Positions 40,251 through 50,129 of a stretch of DNA of 64,000 nt are shown in pieces; position 1 is the stretch's first letter; each line of letters begins with the position of its first letter. This DNA comes from Paraphysomonas bandaiensis. Lineage: Eukaryota > Protista > Chrysophyceae. The DNA is taken from positions 310,001-374,000 of the forward strand of contig CBFFRP010000426.1 of the NCBI GenBank assembly GCA_965644295.1, in the 5' to 3' direction. Below the pieces are notes generated by a model, which worked only from the letters and a program-made list of their open reading frames with translations, ran no database searches and was not told the origin of the DNA. A program made the translations under genes and the position numbers.

Positions 40251-43200
40251 ACAAGCTTTCACACGACAATCCTCCGACGCAAAGAGGTGCGAAAAAACAC
40301 CAACTCAGACCACGCCAGGTTGGACCTGGTTACAGCAGCGACGACAGCAGCGACGGTCCGCCCAAGCGTCGACCACGTAAACCCCCTAATAAGGTATCTC
40401 GACAACCCACAACCCCAGGTAATACCCACCAAGCCGACGCTCCCACTCCCATGGCAGCTCCAGATAACGCGGGACAACTCCCCAGGAGACATAACCGTCC
40501 TTCCCCTATATCCCAATACATACATCCCCAGGCTACACTCCCACTCTCATTGTTGTGTTCCCTGGGGTCCGAGCTATGTAGTCTCGCCTACACTTCGCAC
40601 TCACCGCGGAGAACCTACGAAACACTATCACCTTTGTCTCCACCTCTACATCCAAAACACTCCCCCTGTATCACCTTGAAGCTGCTGTTGTGTTCCATGC
40701 TACATGAGCCATTTAGTCGTGACTACACATGGTGCTCGACGCACAGAACCTACGCACAGCATTCCCGGGGTCCACATGATACAAACACACAGCGCACAGA
40801 GCACCCCTCGGCACACCAGCAGGGCCCAGGGTATACCTCTGACGATAGCGGAGATGGCCCCGCACGGAGGCCCCCCTCCCATCGACGCCGACGTGTCCAT
40901 GCCTCCCACCAGACCGCACCATCCCTAACCACCCTCTTCGACTTCTTCCCCCCCATACCCACCCGTCAACAATCACACACCACCGAACAACATAATACCT
41001 GCGGTACAGACCACACTCACTCCGAAACATCGCACACTACTATAGTCGCTCCACCAGGTCACCACCCATCCACAGTCTCCCACCCACCTCTCACAGTAAC
41101 AGCCCATGCACGCGACAAAACCTCCCACAAAAATCACGGCTCAGCGACTCTGTCCTCAACTCACTGTATCACTCCCACACCCCAGCTCCTGAAACCGAAC
41201 AGGTCTGGCACCACAGATACCTTCACTCCTCTGTCCACCACGACTGGCCCCACTTCCCCCACGACTGCCAAAGTTAACCAGCTGGAGGCTAAGCCCCCAC
41301 AACAGGACAGCACAGTCCCCTTCACCAATTTACTCACCAACACCTGGGCTGCCTACGACAACACCGGCCAAATAGCAGCGTCCCTGCGAGAGGATCTCCT
41401 ACACCAACTCCACACCACCATCATGACCTCTCCGGACCCAACAGCCTGGCCCACACTCTTCAATACTGTCAACGACAGTTCCAACTACATACACGTCACC
41501 TCGTTCAACTGCGATACGGATTACGCCGCCACCCCCGGACGTGGCTTCTGCTCGGTGGCAGCAGCTCATCAAATTCTGAGGTCAACTGCACCAGGAAAAT
41601 ACAACCCTGTGCACCTTTCCAGCGAGGAGGATACCACCGCATTATTGTCACTGGTGCAACGCTTGCTGGCCCTATGCCTCACTGCAGGCATCACTGCCAC
41701 ACGTATCCAAACACTGCGGCGTACACTCACCCGCATGAGGAATTCCCTCCGCTCCCCCAACTCACAGGCCAGAGCCCTCCCCGCCAAACACTACATGGAC
41801 ACCGAAGACTTCCTACTCATGCTTAAACTACTACGACTCCGATTCCAGTTCTGGCAGGGACACCCGCTGTACCTTCAGCGTGGCTGGGTCCTCCTCAAGA
41901 CGTCGACAGGAACGACTCGACACCCCCCTACACCAGTCCACAACGTCGCGTATAGCGCATCTCACTACTTTCTCCTCAGGATTACCGATGTCGACAGTAA
42001 GTGCACCAATGCTTCTCGTGCAGCTAGACTCTCCCTGTTGCAGCTTCTTCAGTCCGCCCAAACATCATCCCACCTCTTCACTTGTCCACATCCAGTATCA
42101 CACACCACGACATCATACCAACCCCACGGCACAACCACTCCCTCCCATAACAACATGGACACTCTACACACACCAGCGTATGCAGCTGCACAGGACCACA
42201 ACACCAGCTGTATCGACATATACACCTCACCACCACCCCCATGCACCACATCATCCCCTACCCCTCTCTATATCACCGACGGTATGGTGACCTTGAGTAT
42301 CACTCCGCGTGGACTAAGGGAAATCGAAGCCCAAACTCTACATCCCGATCAGCCTCAACCGCCCCGCACAGCAATACAGAACGCTGGCAGAATATTCAGG
42401 CTTCATGTATCCGCGCAGAACATCCACACAGCACACGATATCCCAGCCAACGGATACTGTGCATACGGAACCCTCCATCGATTGCACATGCTCATGACCA
42501 GCAAACGACCTACAGCCACCTATTGGGAGCTCGACTTCCGGCGACCAGAGCACAGGACCTACGCAGGACAGTGGCTCAGCAACCTACTTCGAGACGTGCT
42601 CCTCCACCCTAGCTGTGACCAAACCACCATCGTCAAGCTACAACATGCTCTCACAGCCATGACCAGCAGGCATCAACACACATACACCACCCCGGACGAC
42701 ATTCGTCACTGGTTATCTGTCCGCGAAATGCACTGGCTCGCCACATTCTTCACCCCCACAACCACATGGGCCACTGATGGAGAATCAATCAGCATTGTTG
42801 GCATACCCAGCGACCCCCACGCGTACGGCCCTGCGTGGACGTCAGACGAACTCCGTGAAGCCATACTTCTGAATCTCCCTCACATAGTCCTGCACAACGC
42901 ACACTTCTACATCATCAACCCTGCCGGCCTCGCCATCAACCTTGACAACGCTCTACTCAACCTTGAACCACACATTCAAGTGCGTGAACCCAGCGTTCAG
43001 CGCGACGTCCCGCCCATTAATGCACGCCCACAACATCCCACCAGCCCCGTAGCCACACCCACATGCCCTCCTGCGCCTTCAGAGACCACAGTGGCCGACA
43101 CCATTCCATCATCAGACACCATAAACTCCTCCCCCCACAATTCTACATCTAGGCCACGGAAAACTCCCCGGACAAAAGGCAACCGGACCCCCACACTCCC

Positions 43201-46200
43201 CACCAGGACACAGCCCCCTCGTAAAGCCCGACACGCCCAGTCCTATGCAGACCTCCCTGACACAGTCCCTACACATACATTATACTGTCCACACGTGCCC
43301 TTCCGCACCTTACTCCAAGCAGCGAATCCACCCCAACCGCTCACATGGGACCCTACACTCAAATATAAAGTCCTGATGGGCCTAGCAGACACCCTGCCCA
43401 AAGGAAATGCCTTATACGCCGGAGAGCAGATCCCGGCCCATGCCATCATTTCCGAGTGCACTGGCCAAAGACTCTCTATCCTGGAAGCCCGGTCCACGGA
43501 GCGTTCCTCCGACTATCTCGTCCAAGACACACAAGGAACATTCGTAATAGACGCCAGGGACAGGAAAAGCAAACGCATACTTTGCGCAGCCGGATACATC
43601 AACGACCCGCTACAGGCCAATGCCGCCAACGTAGAGTTCTACACAAAAACGGGACGGATATACATACGAGCATTACGCAAAATCAACCCCCACGAAGAAC
43701 TCCTCGTCAACTACGGGTACCAGTATTGGGAAGACCAAAAGTGGTCGACAGAGATCCTCCTCCAAGCAAGAGCGGCGTATGCCGAAGATATTGCGCTCCG
43801 AGAGCAGGAATGGCACACCTTACTCTCCCAAAAGCAGTCGCCACCACGGCAGACCCTCACCCTCCCCGAACCTTCGCGCAGTCCACTAACACACGCCACA
43901 CATTTCAAATTCTCAACGTGGAACGTCAATGGCAACCCTTCCAGCAACCCCGGAAAAATAGAGGCCATACTCCACTACTTTCGCTCTCAAAGTCTAGATT
44001 GCCTTTACCTCCTCGACGTACGGCTCTCACAAAGACAAGCAGCCTACCTAGACGACTATATACAGGACCAGATCCCAGGGGTTCTCGTATGCCGCTTTCT
44101 TAACACGAAACCGAAGCTCGGACCCACTGACCCACACATGGGGGGCGCCCTCGCGGTGATAAGTGAAACATGGAAAGGGCGCATCCGATATACCAATTCT
44201 GACTGTACGGGCCTCGGCCTCATATCTCGCATCGAATTTCACACTGGCAGACCAGACATCGACGACCGACTCACCATAATAGGAGCATATCTACCCCCTA
44301 AACCTGCGACTGCTGGCCCGTGCACACTGTGGACATCACTACGAGCCTTTGGAAGAGCGACGCCCAAAAATGGTGCCTCACGACCGTATTCCATCCTCAC
44401 GAACATCCTTACAAAATGGATTGTTAAAGCCAGGGCCAACGGCCACACAGTCCTTGTAGGCGGTGACTTCAATGCCTCTCTCGAGGGCCATGCTGGAAAG
44501 CGAGACCTACGTGGAATAGCAACATCCCTCCAACTTACAGCCCCTCTTATACAGACCCTAAACACTGAGGACCCGTACTTCACCTTCTTCCGGAAAGACC
44601 GCGGAATCTCCAGAATAGACCACATTCTACATACACCTCTTCCCACATACATACAAATTTCTGGCAACGGGTGCTACACCTCGGACGCCCTCACGGCAGC
44701 AACTTTTGACCACAGACCGGTCTGGACCGACCTCTGCATCAGTGGAACAGGACCCCCCCTGCCGAAGGAGCAACACCTTCAGATCCCGCCAAGGCTTAAC
44801 ATCAATCCCGCCGATCAGGAAATGGTGGAGGAATACCAACAGCATCTCAGCACACATCATCAATCCCTCCCGGAGCCCTCGGCACACCCACACCCTGCCG
44901 ACCGCGCCGCCACCAAACTAGCACTAATCCATCGCATCACCATCGACGCGGCTCACGACACACGTAGCGCAGATAGAACGAAGAAAACACGCATTCACCA
45001 CCTCTGCCAACGCAAACGTTCCCGCTTCAAAGACGGCTTTTCTGCGGAAATGAGAGTTATTCAAACAGCACTCCACTTAGTCATCTACCTAAAGAGAAAG
45101 TTTTTCAACAGAGCCGGCTATCTCCACCCTCATGTAGATGACACACGTCTCTACAGTCTTACACGAAGAGGCCTCCAGCGATGGGAGGTCACCATAGCCG
45201 CCCTGGACCACGCTTCAGAGGACCCATCCCACCCACCCACCACCATCATCAAGCCTGCCGTGGATCCACGCCAGATGCTGACATGGACTGTTGCGACCAT
45301 CAATAGCACACACTTTGACACCCTACGGGATAACCTTACCCGAATGCTCCAAGGAAGAGCAAGAACAGAAATGCGGAAGCGTATGACCCACAGGACCCAC
45401 ACCATCCAAGCCCACCTGGAACTCCAACACATCGGAAAAGTCCTTCAGACAATAGGATTGAAGCGCAAACAGACGCCACCCCTCACCCGACTCACCCTAG
45501 AGGACGGAGCCACCCTAACCCTCCCCATAGACATACAGGACGAGCTGAACAAACATTTCACAGCCCACCACTCCATCCCATCCGGACTTGACCCAGTCGC
45601 CCACAAGCTACATCATGACGACACCTGGTGGCACGAGCTCGCAGCTGGCGCCGACATGAACACACCCTTGCATCCACACTCCGCCATTCCCGATCACCAC
45701 CAGCTCGGCCTACGAAACCTATGCAAAACAAAGGTTACCTCCGCCACAGCTAAAAAGATCCAAGACGCTCTACGACAGCAGATCACAATAAGCGAGTTCC
45801 ACTCCACTCTGGACGGGATGGCCAAGGATAAAGCGCCCGGACCATCCATGGTCACCACCAACATGATAAAGAAATGGACCCCTGAAATAAAGATTGAAGT
45901 TTTAGGCCTCCTCCAAACCCTCTGGACCCATCGCCATGTGCCACGCTGGTGGAGAGACAGAGTCATGACGCCACTTCTTAAAAAACCAGGACACACGTCT
46001 CTAAAGAACCTCCGACCGATAGGGCTCCTAGAGGTTTTGCGCAAACTAATGACCCGTATCATCACCCACCGGCTCCTCCACATATGGGAAGAAGATGAAG
46101 TCCTACACCCTGCGCAACACGGCTATCGATGGCGACACGGCACGGACACGGCCATTCTACGAGTCCTCGCGGCCACGGAACTGGCCAAACTTACCGGGCA

Positions 46201-47281
46201 TGTGAAACTCTGCACCTTCTGGGACTTTCAAAAGGCCTTCGACTCCATCGCACCCAATCTTCTCAAATTAGCATGGGCAAGACTTGGTGTCCCCGATGAC
46301 ACGATCAAATGGCTAAGCGACCTCGACGATGGGGGTCGCACCTTCATCTGGACCCCACACATGGCCGACAACATCGATCCCCGATCACTCGAAGAACTGC
46401 TTGGCTCAGATGGCTCCTTTATCCAGCACCCTGACATGGGATTCTCCGCGGAGAGAGGGGTCACACAAGGTGGAACTGAATCCACAGTTGCATGGATCGT
46501 CATCTTTGACATGATCCTATGCTGGTCTGACCTACATGATGATAGCCAAGATGAGGCGTACGCAGATGACCTCTCCCAAATCACAACTTCCATTGAGGCC
46601 ACTCAGCTCAAGGCCGACAAACTCTCATCCTTCTGCGCCTTCTCCGGAATGCAACTAAACATCCCCAAAACTGAATGCATTGCCCTGGGAGCCCCATTTG
46701 CGGTGACGGCCATGTTAGAATCAAACCCACACATCATCATAAGAGACTGGAACTGGTGCCCACACCCCATCCCCATCCGAACAACCACCAATTCCACCAA
46801 GTATCTCGGCGTACAACTTCCATTCTCAGTAAAGGACACCGACTCCCACAGCTGGTGCACCACCTACATAGCCACATCCACGGCAGTTCTACGATCCAAA
46901 TGCGCGACACCTGACTGCAAGCTACTCGTCCTCAACACACAAATACTCCCGACCCTACTATACAAGGCCACCAAAGCATCCTGGACATACGCTAAATACA
47001 TCGCCATAGACAAACTACTCGCGCAGGCCGCTAGGAAAATACTCCGTCTCCCCATGGATATCCCACGGATCTTATCTACCTTCCCCCGAAATACAAAGGG
47101 CTTGGACTGCGCAAATTTTCAACCCACGCCCAGACTCAGAAATGGCATACTCTTCAACGAGCTCTCACACTCGGAGGACAGCCCAAGAGTGCGGCCATAT
47201 CGCTCTTGCAACGCTACGAGCACCCCCCCCAGGACGTTGACACGTACATCACCAGTCTGGTACAATGGGGGCAACAACTAG
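39875..47281 (+). CDS. Retrotransposon polyprotein part 1: two OTU-like modules (~41500-41980, ~42430-42920), SET (~43400-43730), APE endonuclease (~43900-44735), reverse transcriptase (~45820-46830)
   Basis: SET: KGNALYA..I...IISECTG...GYINDP..AN...IRALRKINPHEELLVNYGYQYW. APE: STWNVNG, GAYLPP, GGDFNA, SRIDHIL, DHRPV. RT: KAPGP, LRPIGLL, QHGYR, DFQKAFDSI, GVTQG, YADD, KYLGV. Confidence 0.93.
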   Translation: MEMLCMHQVCLFTAHGTAHLHQNTHIHLPSCVRALAQHHQHPPTRALTRCTERTVETLCMYQVCMFTAHGTAHLHQNTHIHLPSCARPPAHHHSHPPTHALTGCTERTVEMLCMHQVCLFTAHSTHKLSHDNPPTQRGAKKHQLRPRQVGPGYSSDDSSDGPPKRRPRKPPNKVSRQPTTPGNTHQADAPTPMAAPDNAGQLPRRHNRPSPISQYIHPQATLPLSLLCSLGSELCSLAYTSHSPRRTYETLSPLSPPLHPKHSPCITLKLLLCSMLHEPFSRDYTWCSTHRTYAQHSRGPHDTNTQRTEHPSAHQQGPGYTSDDSGDGPARRPPSHRRRRVHASHQTAPSLTTLFDFFPPIPTRQQSHTTEQHNTCGTDHTHSETSHTTIVAPPGHHPSTVSHPPLTVTAHARDKTSHKNHGSATLSSTHCITPTPQLLKPNRSGTTDTFTPLSTTTGPTSPTTAKVNQLEAKPPQQDSTVPFTNLLTNTWAAYDNTGQIAASLREDLLHQLHTTIMTSPDPTAWPTLFNTVNDSSNYIHVTSFNCDTDYAATPGRGFCSVAAAHQILRSTAPGKYNPVHLSSEEDTTALLSLVQRLLALCLTAGITATRIQTLRRTLTRMRNSLRSPNSQARALPAKHYMDTEDFLLMLKLLRLRFQFWQGHPLYLQRGWVLLKTSTGTTRHPPTPVHNVAYSASHYFLLRITDVDSKCTNASRAARLSLLQLLQSAQTSSHLFTCPHPVSHTTTSYQPHGTTTPSHNNMDTLHTPAYAAAQDHNTSCIDIYTSPPPPCTTSSPTPLYITDGMVTLSITPRGLREIEAQTLHPDQPQPPRTAIQNAGRIFRLHVSAQNIHTAHDIPANGYCAYGTLHRLHMLMTSKRPTATYWELDFRRPEHRTYAGQWLSNLLRDVLLHPSCDQTTIVKLQHALTAMTSRHQHTYTTPDDIRHWLSVREMHWLATFFTPTTTWATDGESISIVGIPSDPHAYGPAWTSDELREAILLNLPHIVLHNAHFYIINPAGLAINLDNALLNLEPHIQVREPSVQRDVPPINARPQHPTSPVATPTCPPAPSETTVADTIPSSDTINSSPHNSTSRPRKTPRTKGNRTPTLPTRTQPPRKARHAQSYADLPDTVPTHTLYCPHVPFRTLLQAANPPQPLTWDPTLKYKVLMGLADTLPKGNALYAGEQIPAHAIISECTGQRLSILEARSTERSSDYLVQDTQGTFVIDARDRKSKRILCAAGYINDPLQANAANVEFYTKTGRIYIRALRKINPHEELLVNYGYQYWEDQKWSTEILLQARAAYAEDIALREQEWHTLLSQKQSPPRQTLTLPEPSRSPLTHATHFKFSTWNVNGNPSSNPGKIEAILHYFRSQSLDCLYLLDVRLSQRQAAYLDDYIQDQIPGVLVCRFLNTKPKLGPTDPHMGGALAVISETWKGRIRYTNSDCTGLGLISRIEFHTGRPDIDDRLTIIGAYLPPKPATAGPCTLWTSLRAFGRATPKNGASRPYSILTNILTKWIVKARANGHTVLVGGDFNASLEGHAGKRDLRGIATSLQLTAPLIQTLNTEDPYFTFFRKDRGISRIDHILHTPLPTYIQISGNGCYTSDALTAATFDHRPVWTDLCISGTGPPLPKEQHLQIPPRLNINPADQEMVEEYQQHLSTHHQSLPEPSAHPHPADRAATKLALIHRITIDAAHDTRSADRTKKTRIHHLCQRKRSRFKDGFSAEMRVIQTALHLVIYLKRKFFNRAGYLHPHVDDTRLYSLTRRGLQRWEVTIAALDHASEDPSHPPTTIIKPAVDPRQMLTWTVATINSTHFDTLRDNLTRMLQGRARTEMRKRMTHRTHTIQAHLELQHIGKVLQTIGLKRKQTPPLTRLTLEDGATLTLPIDIQDELNKHFTAHHSIPSGLDPVAHKLHHDDTWWHELAAGADMNTPLHPHSAIPDHHQLGLRNLCKTKVTSATAKKIQDALRQQITISEFHSTLDGMAKDKAPGPSMVTTNMIKKWTPEIKIEVLGLLQTLWTHRHVPRWWRDRVMTPLLKKPGHTSLKNLRPIGLLEVLRKLMTRIITHRLLHIWEEDEVLHPAQHGYRWRHGTDTAILRVLAATELAKLTGHVKLCTFWDFQKAFDSIAPNLLKLAWARLGVPDDTIKWLSDLDDGGRTFIWTPHMADNIDPRSLEELLGSDGSFIQHPDMGFSAERGVTQGGTESTVAWIVIFDMILCWSDLHDDSQDEAYADDLSQITTSIEATQLKADKLSSFCAFSGMQLNIPKTECIALGAPFAVTAMLESNPHIIIRDWNWCPHPIPIRTTTNSTKYLGVQLPFSVKDTDSHSWCTTYIATSTAVLRSKCATPDCKLLVLNTQILPTLLYKATKASWTYAKYIAIDKLLAQAARKILRLPMDIPRILSTFPRNTKGLDCANFQPTPRLRNGILFNELSHSEDSPRVRPYRSCNATSTPPRTLTRTSPVWYNGGNN

Positions 47282-49137
47282 GCATCAGAATACAACCTCC
47301 CTCCCCAGCTACGCCACAATTCCGAGCTACCATTGACAAAGTCCAATCACAGCTACAACTGTACAATGATCACAAATATGCTTACAAAGCCATCTTCACG
47401 GATGGATCCTTCACACGCACACACCTCACCCCTGCTCACCTACTCGGCAACACCCACACACAGCCCAATTCTCACGACGGAGGAGCTGCAATTGTATGGC
47501 TCCCGCCCAAGAACACCTGGGGTCACAGACAAACCAAAATCCTACAACTTACGGCACCACAGTACACAGCGCCTGGCCTCAACGCATACACCTACGAAAC
47601 CCTTGCAATGTCAGCAGCACTGACATTCTCCAATGTACTCCACTCTTCCGTGCCAATCTGGACTGACTGCCAGGCGGTACAGACGCGGACCAAAGAGGCC
47701 CTCTCACACAGACGGCGCGCCCTCGGAACAAAGCCCCAGGGAATATTTTACGAATGCCTCGCCACCACAGCTCTTAAACAGCGCCCAATACAATGGACGC
47801 GTTCGCACCCCGAACGTAGAACACAAGATCAAAGCAACTGGACCTACACTGACCACGGCATTTATATAGCTGACGCCGCCGCCAGCGGCGACTGGAAGAC
47901 ACTAGACAAAGTGCTCGGAGCCTCCAACTACAGTGTTGTCACAACAGACGCTACGCACATACTGGAAGAATTCTTCACCACGGGTCAATGGCACTGGCGT
48001 AGATACGATACACACCTCCTCACAGACCTCGGTCCTATGCTAGGAGACGTTACAGATCTCCACCACCAGTGGGACCTCCATCAATACACCCTCCGACGAG
48101 ATAGCATGTATGCTGCACAAACGCAACGAGACCCGCAGTATTGGACACGCAGCGGAACAAGGCTCCCACACAAGCTCCATCCCCTCCGTACCCATAACTC
48201 CTCCAAACACTACATCCCCCTCGCAGAGCGTATACGCGAGACGGCATACGTATGGGACAAATCCTTTGCAATGGGTAGAAACCGAGCCAAAGGAAAATCC
48301 GGACACGATCGCACAACGGCTTCCACATGCGCAGACTGTGCACACCCCACAGACAACATGGCGCACATGCTTCTCACCTGCACTCACCCTGACATCATTC
48401 ACATACGTGAAGATGTCCACCAAGCACACCACAATAAGCTTGACAAACTTCGCACGCGCACGCTCCCCCATCCCTGGTTTTACACCGCCATAACCAAACT
48501 AGCCAAAGCCGCATGGAACCCAGCCACCCCCCAGGTTGAGCGCTACTGGACCGGCCACATTACTGCCACACAAATGGCCGACGCATTCGGACGCCACATA
48601 TCCAGCTCACTGCTCGAACATCAATTCCACGCCCTAGAAAAATCCATCGCCTCTATCCTACTCCCCCTATATGATGGAGGGCTCCGCATGCTTCGCAATA
48701 GGGGACACAGACACCACAACGTAGACACGACACCGGCGACACCGGTCCCGACACACGCAAAGCCCCGCCAGCCCCAGGATACCCACCCGACACCAAAAGT
48801 ACTCCAGCTACTCCAGGCGACATCCACCCCACGAACTACACTCTCTGCAAGAGCCCAGACCCGACAGAGGCAAGCGCAACCACTCCGGAAACAACTTCTC
48901 CTTACTTGTAGCCGAAACCCCACCTCAACAACCAGCACCATCTCCACCACCGACTTGCACTCTCATATACAACTCGCCTCACCCACCCCCCACATAATCC
49001 ATGGCACAGGCCCGCCAGACACATTGCCCAAAGGTAGACCCCCCGACTTACCTCAATACAAGGGACGGTTGCACCATGGTGCTCGCAGCGATGCACAAGC
49101 AGTCCCGAGACGGTTGGGCGCCACTAGTAGTATTTAG
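47053..49137 (+). CDS. Retrotransposon polyprotein part 2 (-1 frame): RT thumb, RNase H and CCHC-type zinc knuckle
   Basis: LIYLPPKYKGLGL; RNase H IFTDGS...YETLA...IWTDCQA...WTRSH...IADAAA; CADC...DNMAHMLLTC. Confidence 0.88.
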   Translation, partial: HGYPTDLIYLPPKYKGLGLRKFSTHAQTQKWHTLQRALTLGGQPKSAAISLLQRYEHPPQDVDTYITSLVQWGQQLGIRIQPPSPATPQFRATIDKVQSQLQLYNDHKYAYKAIFTDGSFTRTHLTPAHLLGNTHTQPNSHDGGAAIVWLPPKNTWGHRQTKILQLTAPQYTAPGLNAYTYETLAMSAALTFSNVLHSSVPIWTDCQAVQTRTKEALSHRRRALGTKPQGIFYECLATTALKQRPIQWTRSHPERRTQDQSNWTYTDHGIYIADAAASGDWKTLDKVLGASNYSVVTTDATHILEEFFTTGQWHWRRYDTHLLTDLGPMLGDVTDLHHQWDLHQYTLRRDSMYAAQTQRDPQYWTRSGTRLPHKLHPLRTHNSSKHYIPLAERIRETAYVWDKSFAMGRNRAKGKSGHDRTTASTCADCAHPTDNMAHMLLTCTHPDIIHIREDVHQAHHNKLDKLRTRTLPHPWFYTAITKLAKAAWNPATPQVERYWTGHITATQMADAFGRHISSSLLEHQFHALEKSIASILLPLYDGGLRMLRNRGHRHHNVDTTPATPVPTHAKPRQPQDTHPTPKVLQLLQATSTPRTTLSARAQTRQRQAQPLRKQLLLTCSRNPTSTTSTISTTDLHSHIQLASPTPHIIHGTGPPDTLPKGRPPDLPQYKGRLHHGARSDAQAVPRRLGATSSI

Positions 49138-49431
49138 CAAATCTAGTTATTACTGTAGTTAGTATATAGATATAAACTAGTTTCCGTACACAACCGTTCT
49201 CATGTAATAATCAGACTTTCCTATATATATAGCCATATATGAAAAGATTCCGATTACGTATTTTGAATCCCCCTGTATGTAATACAGTCGATGTGGATTT
49301 TAAAAATGCTCTCTATATCCATATACAAAATAATCATGAGATTCTTATTATTTCATGTCTGATTAGAATATTAGGCACCTCCTGAAAACTAGGCCATAAT
49401 GCCTAATATAAATAAATGTCCATACTATGTA

Positions 49432-49938
49432 GCAGAGAGGCATATCATTTCAAAACATGGACATTGGACATGGAGGGTCCTGTGAACGAAGCCATCTCTG
49501 AACATCCAAGTGCCCACCCTCTGCAGCAGCACTGCAAGTAAATTCATTCCATGGACATGGAGGGTCCTGTGAACGAAGCCACCTAAAAACAACCAAGTGT
49601 CCACTCTCTGCAGCAAATTTGCAGGTAACTTCATCCCATGGACATGGAGGGTCCTGTGAACGAAGCCAATCCAGAACATCCAAGCGTCCACGTCATGTAG
49701 CAGCTTCACAAGTCTTGTTATTCCATGGACATGGAGGGTCCTGTGAACGAAGCCATCGAAGAACATCGAAATGACCACGTTTTGCAGCAACTTTGCAGGT
49801 CTCTTCATCCCATGGACAGGGAGGGTCCTGTGAACGAAGCCACTTCAGAACATCCAAGTGTCCACTTTCTGCAGCAAATTTGCAGGTATCTTCATCCCAT
49901 GGACAGGGAGGGTCCTGTGAGCGAAGCCACCTGAGAAC
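49432..49938 (-). pseudogene. Fragment of a 29-aa ankyrin-like repeat gene (six 87-bp units)
   Basis: Units WLRSQDPPCPWDE.TC..AA..GHL.VL at an 87-bp period (49465 to 49900); internal TGA in one unit; no start codon. Confidence 0.85.
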
Positions 49939-49941
49939 CTT

Positions 49942-50125
49942 AGGTAGACCCCCCGACTAACCTCACTGCAAGGGACGGTTGCACCATGGTGCTCGCAGCG
50001 ATGCACAAGCAGTCCCGAGACGGTTGCCCGCCACTAGTAGTATATAGCAAATCTAGTTATTAGCTAGTCTATAGACATAAACTAGTTTCTGTACGCAACC
50101 GTACTCATGTAATAATCAGACTTTC
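49942..50125 (+). repeat. Second, diverged copy of the retrotransposon 3' terminus (first copy 49032-49220)
   Basis: aggtagaccccccgact...gggacggttgcaccatggtgctcgcagcgatgcacaagcagtcccgagacgg...catgtaataatcagactttc occurs twice. Confidence 0.92.
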
Positions 50126-50129
50126 ATAT

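Larger units (their letters stand above)
39853..50129 (+). mobile_element. 5'-truncated APE-type non-LTR retrotransposon insertion including a 3'-transduced segment; 12-bp TSD aacagcccggat (39841-39852 / 50130-50141)
   Basis: C/A-rich composition, APE-RT-RNase H polyprotein, exact TSD, host repeat continuous on both sides. Confidence 0.92.

Noticed and set aside
49432-49938. Regular repeats with variable intervening sequence, resembling a CRISPR array
   Set aside because: The period is 87 bp (29 codons) and the variable parts are homologous and translate as ankyrin-like helices; eukaryotic context, no cas genes
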